Shown here: positions 10,580-21,254 of the stretch, one piece after another | Position numbering within the stretch: the stretch's first letter is position 1 | Layout of the letters: every line of letters begins with the position of its first letter | IMG/VR virus record: IMGVR_UViG_3300035659_000006 | Origin: an uncultured virus (IMG/VR IMGVR_UViG_3300035659_000006) | Taxonomy: Duplodnaviria; Heunggongvirae; Uroviricota; Caudoviricetes | Strand: one strand, 5' to 3' | Length of the DNA stretch: 64,000 nt | The notes under the pieces: model-generated | Told to the model about the DNA's origin: nothing | Database searches by the model: none | The model's input: the letters and a program-made list of their open reading frames with translations, nothing else | Position numbers and translations under genes: made by a program

Positions 10580-11270
10580 TGACCACCTCCCTCTGGAGCA
10601 CAGAGTCGAACGCGGCCAGACGCTCCGTCAGCCGCGTCACTTCGTCCTTCTGGTGATACAGGTCAATCTCCAGCTTGTCGACCTGCTCCGTGGCATAGGC
10701 CAGCGCGGACTCCAGCCGCTCCCGTTCAGCCTTCAGGTAGCGCAGCTTGTGCCCCAGGCCCTCGTTGGCGCACAGGAAGCAGGCCGGAGCCTCTGGCTCC
10801 CGGACAACCTCGCCGGCGAACGTGCGGACGAGGCCCGCGGCTATCCATGGGTCGCCCAGGTCGAAATGCGGGCCCCGGCCGCCAGCGCAGTGGTATAGCT
10901 CGCAGCACTTGTCCATTGCCGCCCGAAACGCGTAGACGTTCGGATGGCTTTGCTCGATGTGTCCGTAGAAAGGAACATGATTCCCTTTACCCTCGGCGGG
11001 GTCGCGGACCTGCGTGTGCCAGGCGTCCACGGCGGCATACTCGCTGACGACGCCGATCACGGCCCGGGTCGCCGCCAGGTCGCGCCAGCTCCACTCGATG
11101 CCCTCGTAACCCGGCAGCGACACCCCGAGAGCGATGGGCTGGTCCGCGTTGACGAAAGCGAGGTCGAACTCACCATCGTCAGGCAGCCACAAGCCGCCGG
11201 CATAGCGCAGCCAGCGGCCAGAGCCCTCCAGCGGGCGGAAGAGGTAGGTCTCCCCGTAGTGCCCTCTCAT
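10569..11270 (-). CDS. Hypothetical protein with C-terminal coiled coil
   Basis: Coupled ORF; heptad pattern at the C-terminus. Confidence 0.55.
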   Translation of the reverse strand: MRGHYGETYLFRPLEGSGRWLRYAGGLWLPDDGEFDLAFVNADQPIALGVSLPGYEGIEWSWRDLAATRAVIGVVSEYAAVDAWHTQVRDPAEGKGNHVPFYGHIEQSHPNVYAFRAAMDKCCELYHCAGGRGPHFDLGDPWIAAGLVRTFAGEVVREPEAPACFLCANEGLGHKLRYLKAERERLESALAYATEQVDKLEIDLYHQKDEVTRLTERLAAFDSVLQREVVSAP

Positions 11271-11515
11271 GCCGCTCTCTCCTTCAGTTGCCGAACCTTC
11301 TCTGCCAGGTCAGCGCGCAACTTCTCCCAGGCCATCCGGCCGTTCGCGAGCAGGCCGTCCATCTCCTCCTCCGTCGTTTCCCTGGTTACGCCCGACATCG
11401 AGACGAAGGCACCGGCGGAGTTGTAACTTCCGAGATTGACCTTCATCTCAACCGAGAGGGACAGCGACGGCTCTTGCTTCGACTCCAGAAGTTCAGCTTC
11501 TTCTGCCTTTGCCAT
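11267..11515 (-). CDS. Hypothetical phage protein (VNLGSY motif)
   Basis: AAGGAG RBS; motif recalled from phage early proteins. Confidence 0.55.
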   Translation of the reverse strand: MAKAEEAELLESKQEPSLSLSVEMKVNLGSYNSAGAFVSMSGVTRETTEEEMDGLLANGRMAWEKLRADLAEKVRQLKERAA

Positions 11516-11546
11516 CTTGGGCTCCTTTCCTTGCTGGCCACCGACG

Positions 11547-12029
11547 TCAGGCGCGGCGCGCCTCCACGACATCCGGCGGGCCACCAAATGAGGGAAACAA
11601 TACCGGCTGGACGAGAGGCTCCACGGCTATGCCGACGCCCGCCTCATCGCCATAGCGCTTGTCGATGATGGCTGAGGCTATCTGCGCGTCATCTCGGTAC
11701 ACGATGCCGGTCAGCGCGTCGCCCACGAGCCTGAACAGTTTGTCCATGTCGGGCTTCTTGTCCTTCCAGGCTGGCGGCTGGCGCTTCGGGGCCGACTTCG
11801 GGCGCGGGAAGACGAAGACGAGCCAGAGCCGAACCGGACCTTCGAGCGGCGGCCCCTGCCACTCGTTCTGCACGACCCACTGGATCGCGCGCTCCCACGT
11901 GCGCATCGTCGGCTTGTTGTCGTCAACGGTGACGGCGCGCAGCTTGCCCGAATCCTTCGACTTCACGATGAACGGGCGCTTGGAACCCTTCGGCTGGGGA
12001 AGGCCACGAACAAAACAGGAGAACGTCAC
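11547..12029 (-). CDS. rusA: RusA-family Holliday junction resolvase
   Basis: GLPQPKGS, KKPDMDKL...DALTGIVYRDDAQI. Confidence 0.9.
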   Translation of the reverse strand: MTFSCFVRGLPQPKGSKRPFIVKSKDSGKLRAVTVDDNKPTMRTWERAIQWVVQNEWQGPPLEGPVRLWLVFVFPRPKSAPKRQPPAWKDKKPDMDKLFRLVGDALTGIVYRDDAQIASAIIDKRYGDEAGVGIAVEPLVQPVLFPSFGGPPDVVEARRA

Positions 12030-13323
12030 GGTCTCACCCTCTCGCCATCCATCTCAGGCGGCCTCTTTCCTCGCGACCATCAACCTGAGGCCACGCCTCG
12101 TGGCCCGCCGCCGTCGACGGTGCACAAGCACCTTCCAGAAGGCAGCCGCCCCCGGCTTTCGGTTGTGGCCTTCGATGACCAGGCCGCGCTCCCTCGCCTC
12201 GTGCTGGTTCATGGATCACTCGCTCCACGGCAGGATGCTCTCCCCCAACAGGAACACGGCGAGCCCCAGGCCGCCCACAAGCGCGCCCAGCACCGGCTCA
12301 CCGATCAAGAAGCCGCCTATCGACGCCAGCCCCAGGAGGCCGACCAGCACCATGTCCATCACGTTCCTCACTTCCACAGCCAGCACCACAAGCCGACCCG
12401 GCCAAGAGACCTGCCCACCAGCTTGTTCTTCCCGCGCCGGCCCATCCGCTTGGGGTCGCCGCTCGCCAGCGCGTCCAGGTCTGCGGAGAGGCGAGCAGCC
12501 TTGAACAGCCAGCTCGTCAGTTTCATGCTCCCTGTCCCGCTTCCCAGATGACGACGGCGAACAGGACGAGCTGCGCGGCGAACAGGGCCAGGATGACCGC
12601 CCACTCACCGGCCGACATCATGACCTCCCGTTCGACAGCGCCACGCTGTGCTTCAAGAGACCGACGTGCTCCTCGCAGCTCGCCCCCGTCAGTTGCCCGA
12701 TATCGTAGGCCAGCCACATGCTGGTCTCGTCGCACCAGTCGCAGGGCGGAGCGCTGCAGCCGGGCTCCACGCGGTGGAGCTTGATGAAGATCCGGCGCCT
12801 CCGGTTGCTGTGCTCCACGAAGGCAACATTAGCGGCATTGAATACGGGGAGCGTCCCTATCATTCCTCCTGGGTACTCCGTCATGAAGGCACCGCTCCTT
12901 TCAGCGTCGGCAGGCCCGACCTCGTGGGCAGGACGCAGTGCTCGTCGCGCAGATTCTTGCTGCCACAGGACGGGCACTCCGCCGGGCTCGGCCAGGGGGC
13001 TCCCTGCCAGCCGCAGTCGGGACAGTGCATCATGTACGTGCCACCCTCCTGGTGGACGTAGCCGCGGCCGGGCACCCAAACGGCCTGCTGCTTACAGTGC
13101 ACGCAGATGGCAGTTGTCGGCGCTATCATGACCGCACCTCGTGACAGAGGCAGGGTGCCTCGCCCCGGTAGCCCGCCTTCCAGCAGGCCGGGCATATCTT
13201 CAAGTTGAGGTCGCAGTCCGTGCACTCGTGCTGAATCAGCGGGGCAGCGGCCCTCTCGAAGAAGGCTGCCACGTCCTGCTTGCCGTAGATGGCCTCGGTG
13301 ACCGGTCCGCACTTCATCTCCTG

Positions 13324-14247
13324 TCATCCTCCTGTTTGGTTCCTAGTGTTAGAGTAGCACCCTAACGCTACCTTGTCAATAGAACAGGAGTAGAACAGGG
13401 AAGAATTTCTGAAAGATTCTTTGGCCTCGGATGGGCCGGACTCATGCCGCATTCTCGCTTTGATGATGGCGGGACGTTGCCAGCAGCGCACGGTCCGCCT
13501 CACCTCGAGGGGCCACGCGATGTAGCCACCGATGGGCTGGTAGAGCTGGGCGAAGGGCAGCGCCCCCATCTCCCAGGCCGCGCGGCAGCGGGCCTCGCCT
13601 CGGACCAGGGGTTCGCCCTCGAAGCCCCACAGCACGTAACAGCGCTTCTTGTACCTCGGGAGGAAGGACAGCCGGTCCAGGGCGCGCCGGAGGTATGGCA
13701 GGGTGCCGTCGGAGTCGGCCGCCAGGAAGACCTCGTCGACGCGGAGGCTGCGTATCTCCTCGGCCATCCAGTCCTTCAAGAGGCGGACGTCCAGGCCGCC
13801 GGCGAAGGTGACGGCCCGCTGCTGCTGACGCAGCATCTGAAAGACGGCGGTCAGGTGCGGCCTGCCGGTCGCCAAGAGGTTGTTGTCCTGCACGATCCAG
13901 CCGGGCTTGATTTCCAGCAGCCGGACGGGACCGTCGACGATGCACCAAGGACAGCGCCGGACGCAGCCCCGGCTCGTGATGGTGACGCCTTCCCGCAGGT
14001 ACATGCCGGGGCAGAAGGTGTCGCCCTCGCCATCTATGGCCGGGCCTCCTAGTTTCACGACCGGATAGAATTGCCCCCATGCGGCAGCCAGACGCCAGCC
14101 AGGCTCCACATCCCAGGAGAAGGTAACGGAGATGTGCACCTCATCGGCGGCTGGTCGCCAAAGCCCAGGCGGACCGATGGCCACCATGTTGTCGAGCGGT
14201 GTCATGCTCGTGCGGCGGGGGAAGACGCGAAGAACCTTCATCGTCAC
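13324..14247 (-). CDS. Radical SAM protein
   Basis: TSRGCVRRCPWC (CxxxCxxC), QDNNLLA, GGLD. Confidence 0.8.
   Translation of the reverse strand: MTMKVLRVFPRRTSMTPLDNMVAIGPPGLWRPAADEVHISVTFSWDVEPGWRLAAAWGQFYPVVKLGGPAIDGEGDTFCPGMYLREGVTITSRGCVRRCPWCIVDGPVRLLEIKPGWIVQDNNLLATGRPHLTAVFQMLRQQQRAVTFAGGLDVRLLKDWMAEEIRSLRVDEVFLAADSDGTLPYLRRALDRLSFLPRYKKRCYVLWGFEGEPLVRGEARCRAAWEMGALPFAQLYQPIGGYIAWPLEVRRTVRCWQRPAIIKARMRHESGPSEAKESFRNSSLFYSCSIDKVALGCYSNTRNQTGG
13351..13421 (-). promoter_or_regulatory. Early promoter, copy 1 of a duplicated ~70-bp element
   Basis: TTGACA-N17-TACTCT with extended TG; GTTC-N7-GTTC directly upstream; near-identical to 22237-22306. Confidence 0.8.
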
Positions 14248-14253
14248 CGCGCC

Positions 14254-14907
14254 CTACGCATTGGGCCAGCTCTCGGGAGCACGGAGCTGCCTCACCTTCG
14301 TCACGCCGTCACGCTTGGCGAAGTCATAGACCACGTCGCCGGCCTCCACCAGCGCCTCTCGACCTGTCTGGGCTATCACGATGAGCTGGAACCTGCCCTC
14401 CTCGCAGATACGCCTCAGCAGGACAGCGGCTTGGGGCAGGAAGTCGGCGCTCAGGTTCCCAAAGCTCTCATCTAGGATCAGGAGCCTTCCTAGCGACGGG
14501 CGGGCGGCCAGCAGGACGATCGTGTGCAGCAGGAAAGAGGTCACATTGACCAGGCCGCCTCCGTCGGCCTCCATAAGCTCGGTCTTCAGGCCCGTGCTGT
14601 CCATGACGAAGAAGTGCGCCACAGGCAGGTCTCCCTGTATTCCCATCTCGACCACAAGCGTCAGCGGCTCACCGAACACACCGGTCAGACCAGGGCTTAC
14701 GAGCTCGCTGACGGCGGCCTCGAAGCCGCCTCGCCACATCTCCTGGGCGGCAGCGAGGAGAGCGACCACGTGGTTCAGGACCCCGGCGCGCTTCCGGTGC
14801 GTCTCGATGTCGCGCTGAAGGGCCTCGGCCTGACGCTCCAGGACGGCGCGGGCGCCGACGCGCCTCTTGAGGAGGTCGCCCAGGGCGGCAAGCTCGCTAT
14901 CCAGCAC
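14254..14907 (-). CDS. SbcC/Rad50-like ATPase, C-terminal half
   Basis: Coiled coil, signature-like ADGGG, Walker B LLILDESF; no Walker A. Confidence 0.8.
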   Translation of the reverse strand: MLDSELAALGDLLKRRVGARAVLERQAEALQRDIETHRKRAGVLNHVVALLAAAQEMWRGGFEAAVSELVSPGLTGVFGEPLTLVVEMGIQGDLPVAHFFVMDSTGLKTELMEADGGGLVNVTSFLLHTIVLLAARPSLGRLLILDESFGNLSADFLPQAAVLLRRICEEGRFQLIVIAQTGREALVEAGDVVYDFAKRDGVTKVRQLRAPESWPNA

Positions 14908-15117
14908 GGCTGGCCTCCCTCGGGCTGCGCAGGGCAGCCCGCGCTATGAAGCCCACGCCGAGCTCCTTGCAGTCCCGGTAGGTCGAGAACAGACAGTGGT
15001 CGAGGAGGAATTTGCCACGGTCGTTCAGCACGTCCTCAAACTCCCGGCGCAGCCTCAGCAGCCGGTGCAAGCGGGCCAGGCGATCCTGCTGCAGAGCCGC
15101 CAGATCATCGGGAGGCA

Positions 15118-15369
15118 TCACCGGGCCTCCGCTTGTAGGGACGTGAGGTCCCGCTGGATCGCCTCCAGAGCCGCATGCACCTCGACGGTCCGGATCCGGA
15201 GCTGCTCCTCCAGGTCGCCGTCGGGGGAGAAGCCCAGTTCCTCCAGTTGGCCGCACAGCCGGTTCATCTCCTCGTCCCCGGCCGCCGTCAGCGCCTCCAG
15301 GCGTGTCACGTCGGCTGAGGCGCGCTCCACATTGGAGCGGAGCTTCAGGACTTCGTCGGCGGTTGGCAT
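15118..15369 (-). CDS. Small coiled-coil protein
   Basis: GGAGG RBS; heptad pattern; lies between the SbcD and SbcC-C genes. Confidence 0.55.
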   Translation of the reverse strand: MPTADEVLKLRSNVERASADVTRLEALTAAGDEEMNRLCGQLEELGFSPDGDLEEQLRIRTVEVHAALEAIQRDLTSLQAEAR

Positions 15370-15944
15370 CTCCCACCTCCTCCACGCTCGCCATGAGTCG
15401 CAGCCTCGACGGCGAGGATCACCGCCAGCCGCTCGCGGGCCCAGCGCTCGACCTTCGCCTTGGCCCGATTCACCTTGTCCTCCCAAGTCACGCCCCGCCA
15501 GCGCTCCCACCAGTTGGGCGGCCACACGTAGATCACGCAGGGCGTAGGGCCGCTGCAAGCCGTGACTATGACCTGCGCCTCCGGAGAAGACAAGGCAGGA
15601 GCCGACTCGTCGAACAGAATCGCCTCCACCTTCACAACGCCAGCCATTGGCGTCACGAGGACCTCGTAGCGCTCGGCAGTCATACGTGGCTCCCATTCGC
15701 GGGCAATGCCTGCAGCGCCCCTATCAGCAAGGCGCGGAGGTCGTCCTTTCTCACGTCCTCCGTGATGCACAGCACCAGGCCGCCAGCGCCTTCGCCGTGC
15801 TTCACGCCGAGGAGCAAGACCGGCGTCGCCACCTCGCCTGCCAGCTTGTCAGCCCACCTGCTCAGGCGCTCCTGGCAGATGGACAGCGCTTCTGACTTCT
15901 CCATGCTAGGCGCGCCTCCTTTTAGCGTTCTGCTGCACAATTCC

Positions 15945-16931
15945 TCAAACGGAAGGGACACCGGAGGCCCGCGCCAGGTACTCGCGGGCCATCTTCACCA
16001 CCTCGGGGTCCGCCTTCTCCTCCAGGGAGCGCAGGATCTCGTCCAGGGACAGGTGCTCCAGGGAGAGGCCCGTCTCCAGGGCGGTCACGTAGCCCGCGAA
16101 GAGCTGCGAATTTTCGAGCGCCCGGAGATTCTCAGACCAAGCGAACACCTCCTTCCCCGGTCGCGCCGAGCGCAAGGGCACCTCCTCGAAGGCCGGCTCC
16201 TTGCCCTTCTCCAGGGTGACGATGAGCACGGACGGCTGCCGCTCCAGCTCGCCGGCGGAGCGGCTGGTGCGGGCCACCGAGCCCGGGCCGGCGAACCAGC
16301 AGCCGTTCACCTTCTGCGGCTTCGTTCGCCAGTGGACGTCGCCCATCAGGAACAGGTCCATCCCGTGGGTCGGCACCTGCTCCATGGCGATAGCCGGAAA
16401 CGGATAGCCGCCCTCACCGCGCAGGACCATCGCGTGCGCAACCTTGATGGCGAAGTCGGGCTCTATGGTACCGAGCCGCCCACGGTCCAGAGCCAGGTGC
16501 TCCGGATGCTCCTCTATACTAGGACACCAGTTGGCAGGCGAAAGCTGGAGGAGCACGCCGCCCTTCTCGATGACCAAGTCCTCGTTCAGCCACCGCAGCG
16601 GGCCATCGCGCAGCGCCTCAAAGACGACGCCGATGGGCTGACGGCCGATGCTGTCCAAGCCTTCGCTGCCCTGGTCGTGCTGGCCTACCAGGGTATAGAG
16701 GTCGCCCGGCCACTCCCGCAGGAACTCGATGAGCTGGCGCACGAGACGGTGAGGCGTTTCGTTCGAGCGGGGCCAGTGGAGAAGATCTCCGCCCAGGATC
16801 GAAAGGTCAACGGTTGCGGCGAGTTCTCGCACCTCAGCCAATTTAGCGAAGATGTCCTCGCAGTACGAGGGCGCCCGCGCCAGCGGTGGGCGCTCGGCAA
16901 GATGCCAATCACTGCTGAAGAGCAGTCTCAC
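15945..16931 (-). CDS. SbcD/Mre11-like metallophosphoesterase
   Basis: SDWH, GGDLLH, GQHD, AH, GDVH motifs. Confidence 0.9.
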   Translation of the reverse strand: MRLLFSSDWHLAERPPLARAPSYCEDIFAKLAEVRELAATVDLSILGGDLLHWPRSNETPHRLVRQLIEFLREWPGDLYTLVGQHDQGSEGLDSIGRQPIGVVFEALRDGPLRWLNEDLVIEKGGVLLQLSPANWCPSIEEHPEHLALDRGRLGTIEPDFAIKVAHAMVLRGEGGYPFPAIAMEQVPTHGMDLFLMGDVHWRTKPQKVNGCWFAGPGSVARTSRSAGELERQPSVLIVTLEKGKEPAFEEVPLRSARPGKEVFAWSENLRALENSQLFAGYVTALETGLSLEHLSLDEILRSLEEKADPEVVKMAREYLARASGVPSV

Positions 16932-17592
16932 TTGTCCTCCAGGCCAGCCACCACCCACTTGCCGTCCGGCCTTCGCCATCGTCTTGTTGCCACGACGCGC
17001 GAGAGCAGTCGGTCCACGCGCCGTGCATCCTCCCTGTTCAGGCAAACCGCCAGGACCACACCCTCGCGGTTCACCAGGCCGACCTCAACGCCCAGGGCCC
17101 GGCGAAGCGCGATGTTGCGGTCCCCGCCCCAGGGCATGGCGAGCACGTCGGCCAGGGCCTTCTTCCTACCGGCTAGCAACGGCAATCCCCTTCGCCACTG
17201 GCTCCAGCCTGAGCTCCACCTCGCGGCCGCAGTCGGCACAGAGCTGAGGCATCGCCAGCAAGTTCTCGTCCACCACGCAGGGGACCATGCCCAGTAGCAC
17301 GTGCCACGGCGGCTTCGCCCGGCGCTTCTGCCCGTGCACCGGGCACCTCACCTCCACCAGCACCACCGGTCTGCGCACGGACCTGTTCACTCTCCGCATC
17401 CGTGCACCTCACGCAGATGACGTCGACGCGCCAGCTCGCAGGCCTCTGTCTCGCTACCGGCCTTCATCCACATGATGCTATGCTTCCGTCCACAGGGGCA
17501 GATCGGGCAGGCGATGCAGACCTTGTACTTGCCGAGCGGGACGTACCGATACGCCTCGGCGACGATCCCATCAGCGACGGTCTGGACGCCCG

Positions 17593-18540
17593 TCATCTCA
17601 TCGCCTTTCCACACACGGGGCATATCTCCAGGCTCTCCAGCACCGAGTGGAGACGCTCCTCCGAGGACTGAAGCCGTTGCCGCGCCTCGCCGAGTTGCTG
17701 GCGCATGCCGTCCAGCCTCGCCGCTACCTTATCACGCTCGACAATGACGCCGGCGGCCCTCACCAGGGCACCGGCCCGGTCTGTGAGGCCGGCCGTTCGG
17801 ACGGGGAGAGCGGCGCCTTCCCAGCCCGCCCTGAGCGCCAGGAGCCGCCGCCGCCGCCCCGATGCGACCCGCGCGACGTCCAGGTCTTCCTCGGCCCGTT
17901 TCGCCGCCCTGTGCCTCTCCTGGAGCCCCTCCCAGCGCGTTAGGAGCGCAGGGTAGTCGGGCATCCCCTCTAGCTCGACCCGCACGGCCTCCGCCCGGGC
18001 CTCCCAGTCCGCGGCCAGCCGCTCGGTCCGGTCGCGGTCCCTCTTCGCCTCTACCTGGGCACGGACAACGTCATCCATCTTGGAGACGTGGGCGAGAAGC
18101 TTCGCCGCCTGCCCGCCCGTGCTCGCCAGGAGAAACGGCTCGTCATGCTGGCAGTCGAAGTTGGGGCGGATGCGCGCCCCGTCGACCACGAGTTCACGTA
18201 TGCCCGTCAGCTCGGCGACGTTCGCGGGCAGCTCCCGCCCCAAGCGCGTCAGGAGCTGCTCGCCCTCGGCCGTCCGCAGCCGGTAGCTGGCACCGCCCTT
18301 GGCGGGCTTCTCCCAGGTCACGGTGGCGTCGTCGAAATCGAGCATGACCTCACCAGAGGCCGCGCCTCTGCGGACGAAGTTGGGGCCCGGTGTCCAGTTG
18401 AACAGGCAGGCGCGGAGCCCGCGGACAAGAGCCGACTTCCCAGAGCGCGAGGGGCCGACGATGACCGTCACCTGGCCCAGCTCGAGATCCACGTCGGCCA
18501 GGCTCTGAATGTCTTTGACCCGAATCCGTTTCAGCATCAT
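17593..18540 (-). CDS. SbcC/Rad50-like ATPase, N-terminal half ending in a zinc hook
   Basis: Walker A GPSRSGKS, Q-loop-like CQHD, coiled coil, C-terminal CPVCG. Confidence 0.85.
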   Translation of the reverse strand: MMLKRIRVKDIQSLADVDLELGQVTVIVGPSRSGKSALVRGLRACLFNWTPGPNFVRRGAASGEVMLDFDDATVTWEKPAKGGASYRLRTAEGEQLLTRLGRELPANVAELTGIRELVVDGARIRPNFDCQHDEPFLLASTGGQAAKLLAHVSKMDDVVRAQVEAKRDRDRTERLAADWEARAEAVRVELEGMPDYPALLTRWEGLQERHRAAKRAEEDLDVARVASGRRRRLLALRAGWEGAALPVRTAGLTDRAGALVRAAGVIVERDKVAARLDGMRQQLGEARQRLQSSEERLHSVLESLEICPVCGKAMR

Positions 18541-18960
18541 TGTGCAGTCTAGCGCACAAACCCCCGCGCGTCAACTGGTGGGCTGGCCTCCGCGTAGGGC
18601 TCGACTAGCCGCTTAATAAGTCGACCTTGCCGCCGAAGCTCAGCTTGCTCGGCTCCGATTTCCCTTAGCAGCTTTGAGCCTTCCCGCCAGATTCGTGCTC
18701 GGCCTCCTCGGGCAAGCGCCCGGTAGAGGGGCAAGAAGCGGTCTGGTGCCTCCATTCCGCCCCGTGCATCGGCTACGGCAGTGTGCAAGGTTCCACTTCC
18801 CACCGCAGGAACCAGTGCTCCTCCTTGGTTCTTTCCATGACCAAGCACCATGCTTCCTGCCTGCTTCCCTGATACCGCACTTCCTTCAAATGGCCGATGT
18901 CCCCTACCTTGACCTGGTAGTAGCGGAAGCTGCTGTGCTTCACGCGGCACGGTTGCAGAG

Positions 18961-20595
18961 TCACGGAGCCGCCGTGGCCTCCTTCGCGCTCTCCGCCAGC
19001 TTCTCCTCCGCCTTGTCACCCAGGAGCAGGCTCAGCGTCGCCTCCAGCCGGTTCGGGAGCCACTTGGCCTGGTAGCCCTCGTAGGCGCGGTCCAGGCTCC
19101 TTACAAGCCGCAGGGAATGCACCAGCAGCAACGTCTCCTCGCCCAGCGCCTCGAGGGCCCGCAGCACGGCGTCCGGCTGGCCACCGAACGGGGGCAGGTT
19201 CACACCCAGGAGCTCCAGTGCCGCCGTCACCTCGTAGTCCAGGCGGGCGTCCTGCTTGAGGCCGTCGCGACGGATCAGACCCGCCGCAAGCACCTTCGTC
19301 GGGTTCGCCGCTACCAGACGCGCCGCCGCCAGCGCCTTCGCCTTGAGCCCGTCCTGCGCAGCCTCGATCCGCCGCTCCTTCTCCTGGTCGCGGACCTCCT
19401 TTGCCGACTTGCCCTCCCCCATCTTCTTCTTGCGGCAGGCCGCGTTCATGCACAGGACCTCGATGCGCTTGCGCTGGCCGTACATGTAGCGGGAAGGGGG
19501 GCAGACCAGGAGCGCCCGGCCAGCACCCTTTCCATTCCAGGCCGGGCAGGCCCGGCAGCCATCCTTATCAGCCACCTGGGGCAGGACGGCGCTCAGGGGC
19601 ATGGCCTCACCCCGGTCCGAGTAGACGTTGTCGCTCAGACTCACCGGCAGAGCGGGCAGCCCCTCGATGTCGCCGACCTCCATGCCATGGATCGGGGCCA
19701 GCGGCGACAGGTCGTAGTAGGCGGGGAGCCCCTCGACGCCGTCCTTCTTGCCCTCCAAGAAGACCTTCAGCTCTTCCGCCATCTCCTCGCGGTGCACGGC
19801 GGCCACCGAGGCCAGGTAGTTGGCCGGATTCGTGCAGACCGCCTGGCCGTGCGGGTCCGTTCCGAGACAGCCCCGACTCTTGCACTCCTCTTTCCAGTCA
19901 AAGGGTGTCTCTTTGTTGAGAGGGACCGCCTGGCGGGCGAAGACGTTCCCCACCAGCCGGCGCACGTCGCCATCGGTTGGCGGAGCTGCCTCGGCGGACA
20001 GGGTGACAAGGGCCGGCCCGACCATGCCCAACTGGTCAAGAAGAGCCAGCTCAAGGGCCTGCGTCGCCGTCACCCGTTTCTCCTCCAGGGCATCCTGCAG
20101 CTCCTCGCGCACCTCCGTGAGCCGCAGCCGCTCGCGAACGTAGCCCACCGACCGGCCTATGGCTTCCGCCAGCTTCTTCTGGCCCCAGCCCAACTCGTCC
20201 ATCACGGCCTTGAACTGCCGGCCCTCGTCCAGCGGATGCAGGGACGCGCGCTGCAGGTTCTCGCTCAGCCCTGCGCGTGCCGCTTCAGCGTCGTCGCACT
20301 CGACCACCTCGACGGGGATCGTCTCCCAGCCCAAGCGCCGCGCCGCCTCGACACGCCGGTGGCCAGCGATCAGCTCCAGCCGACCGTCCACCCTCCGCGC
20401 CCGCGGCGGGAGCAACAGCCCGTCACGCTTCATTGAGCCGACGAGCTGCTCAAGGGCCTCCTCGTCCTGGACCGTGCGCGCCAGGCTCGGCGAGGCCGAG
20501 ATCTCGTTAAGGTCGCACGGGATCACTGTCCCCAGAGGCAGCCTGGGCATCGCTTCTTCAGCCTTCTTCGCTTCTTCAGCCTTCTTCTTCAGCAA
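18961..20595 (-). CDS. ParB/Spo0J-family protein with Cys-rich C-terminal region
   Basis: LIAGHRRVEAA...ENLQRASLHPLDE, HTH; TTG start after AAGGAGG. Confidence 0.85.
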   Translation of the reverse strand: MLKKKAEEAKKAEEAMPRLPLGTVIPCDLNEISASPSLARTVQDEEALEQLVGSMKRDGLLLPPRARRVDGRLELIAGHRRVEAARRLGWETIPVEVVECDDAEAARAGLSENLQRASLHPLDEGRQFKAVMDELGWGQKKLAEAIGRSVGYVRERLRLTEVREELQDALEEKRVTATQALELALLDQLGMVGPALVTLSAEAAPPTDGDVRRLVGNVFARQAVPLNKETPFDWKEECKSRGCLGTDPHGQAVCTNPANYLASVAAVHREEMAEELKVFLEGKKDGVEGLPAYYDLSPLAPIHGMEVGDIEGLPALPVSLSDNVYSDRGEAMPLSAVLPQVADKDGCRACPAWNGKGAGRALLVCPPSRYMYGQRKRIEVLCMNAACRKKKMGEGKSAKEVRDQEKERRIEAAQDGLKAKALAAARLVAANPTKVLAAGLIRRDGLKQDARLDYEVTAALELLGVNLPPFGGQPDAVLRALEALGEETLLLVHSLRLVRSLDRAYEGYQAKWLPNRLEATLSLLLGDKAEEKLAESAKEATAAP

Positions 20596-21205
20596 GGGAA
20601 CCTCCTTTCGTCTCAAAACGCGCCAACGGGATGATGGAGCCACTGAGCCTGACCAGCACTTCCAGCTTCACGCGCTGGCAGCCGTCCAGCTCCGCCACAA
20701 GATGCTCCAACCTCAGCAGCCAGGCCGCCAGGTCCTGGCCGTTACCTCGGATCATAGCCTTGCCGGCGGCTGTCAATCTCATGGTCCGCGCCTTGCCGGG
20801 CTCCCACTCCAGCCAGGCCAATCGCGCCGCTGCCCTGGCCCGCCACCAGCCCACCGAGGACGAGGACAGGCCCAACCCCTGGTACAGCTCCCGGGCCGTA
20901 GGGCCGAAGCCATGCTCGATCCGGAAACGATCCACGAAGCCGAGCAGCTCGACCAGGGCCTCACGGGGGACGCGGAGTGCTGGCTGGGCACTCTCCAGGC
21001 GGATGCAGCGGGAGCACTTCCGAACAGGCAGCCCCGCCACGGGCCTCAGCAGCACCCTGGGGCGGCAGCGCGACCCGAACAGCGGCCCCTTCACCGGCTC
21101 GCCCAGTAGGTGAGACACAGTCCCGCGCTTCGACTTACCCCAGTCAGACACTAGTCGCCTCCTCGCCGGCGGGGACTGACCACTCTTGACTCCACGTGCT
21201 ATCAT
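20576..21205 (-). CDS. LexA-like DNA-binding domain protein without peptidase domain (start uncertain)
   Basis: HGFGPTARELYQGLGLSSSS...W.PGKARTMRL matches the LexA wHTH. Confidence 0.65.
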   Translation of the reverse strand: MIARGVKSGQSPPARRRLVSDWGKSKRGTVSHLLGEPVKGPLFGSRCRPRVLLRPVAGLPVRKCSRCIRLESAQPALRVPREALVELLGFVDRFRIEHGFGPTARELYQGLGLSSSSVGWWRARAAARLAWLEWEPGKARTMRLTAAGKAMIRGNGQDLAAWLLRLEHLVAELDGCQRVKLEVLVRLSGSIIPLARFETKGGSLAEEEG

Positions 21206-21254
21206 TCCTAGCGGCGGCGCTGGATAAGGCCGCCAAGGGCGCCTGTCGCTAGCC

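Noticed and set aside
15303..17297. Long plus-strand ORFs (also 7711-9210, 19117-20436, 58599-59876, 59725-61596)
   Set aside because: Antisense shadows of real minus-strand genes in high-GC DNA, with no motifs
21176..21206. Plus-strand promoter-like CTGACC-N18-TATCAT antisense to marR
   Set aside because: No downstream plus-strand gene or terminator identified; may be chance
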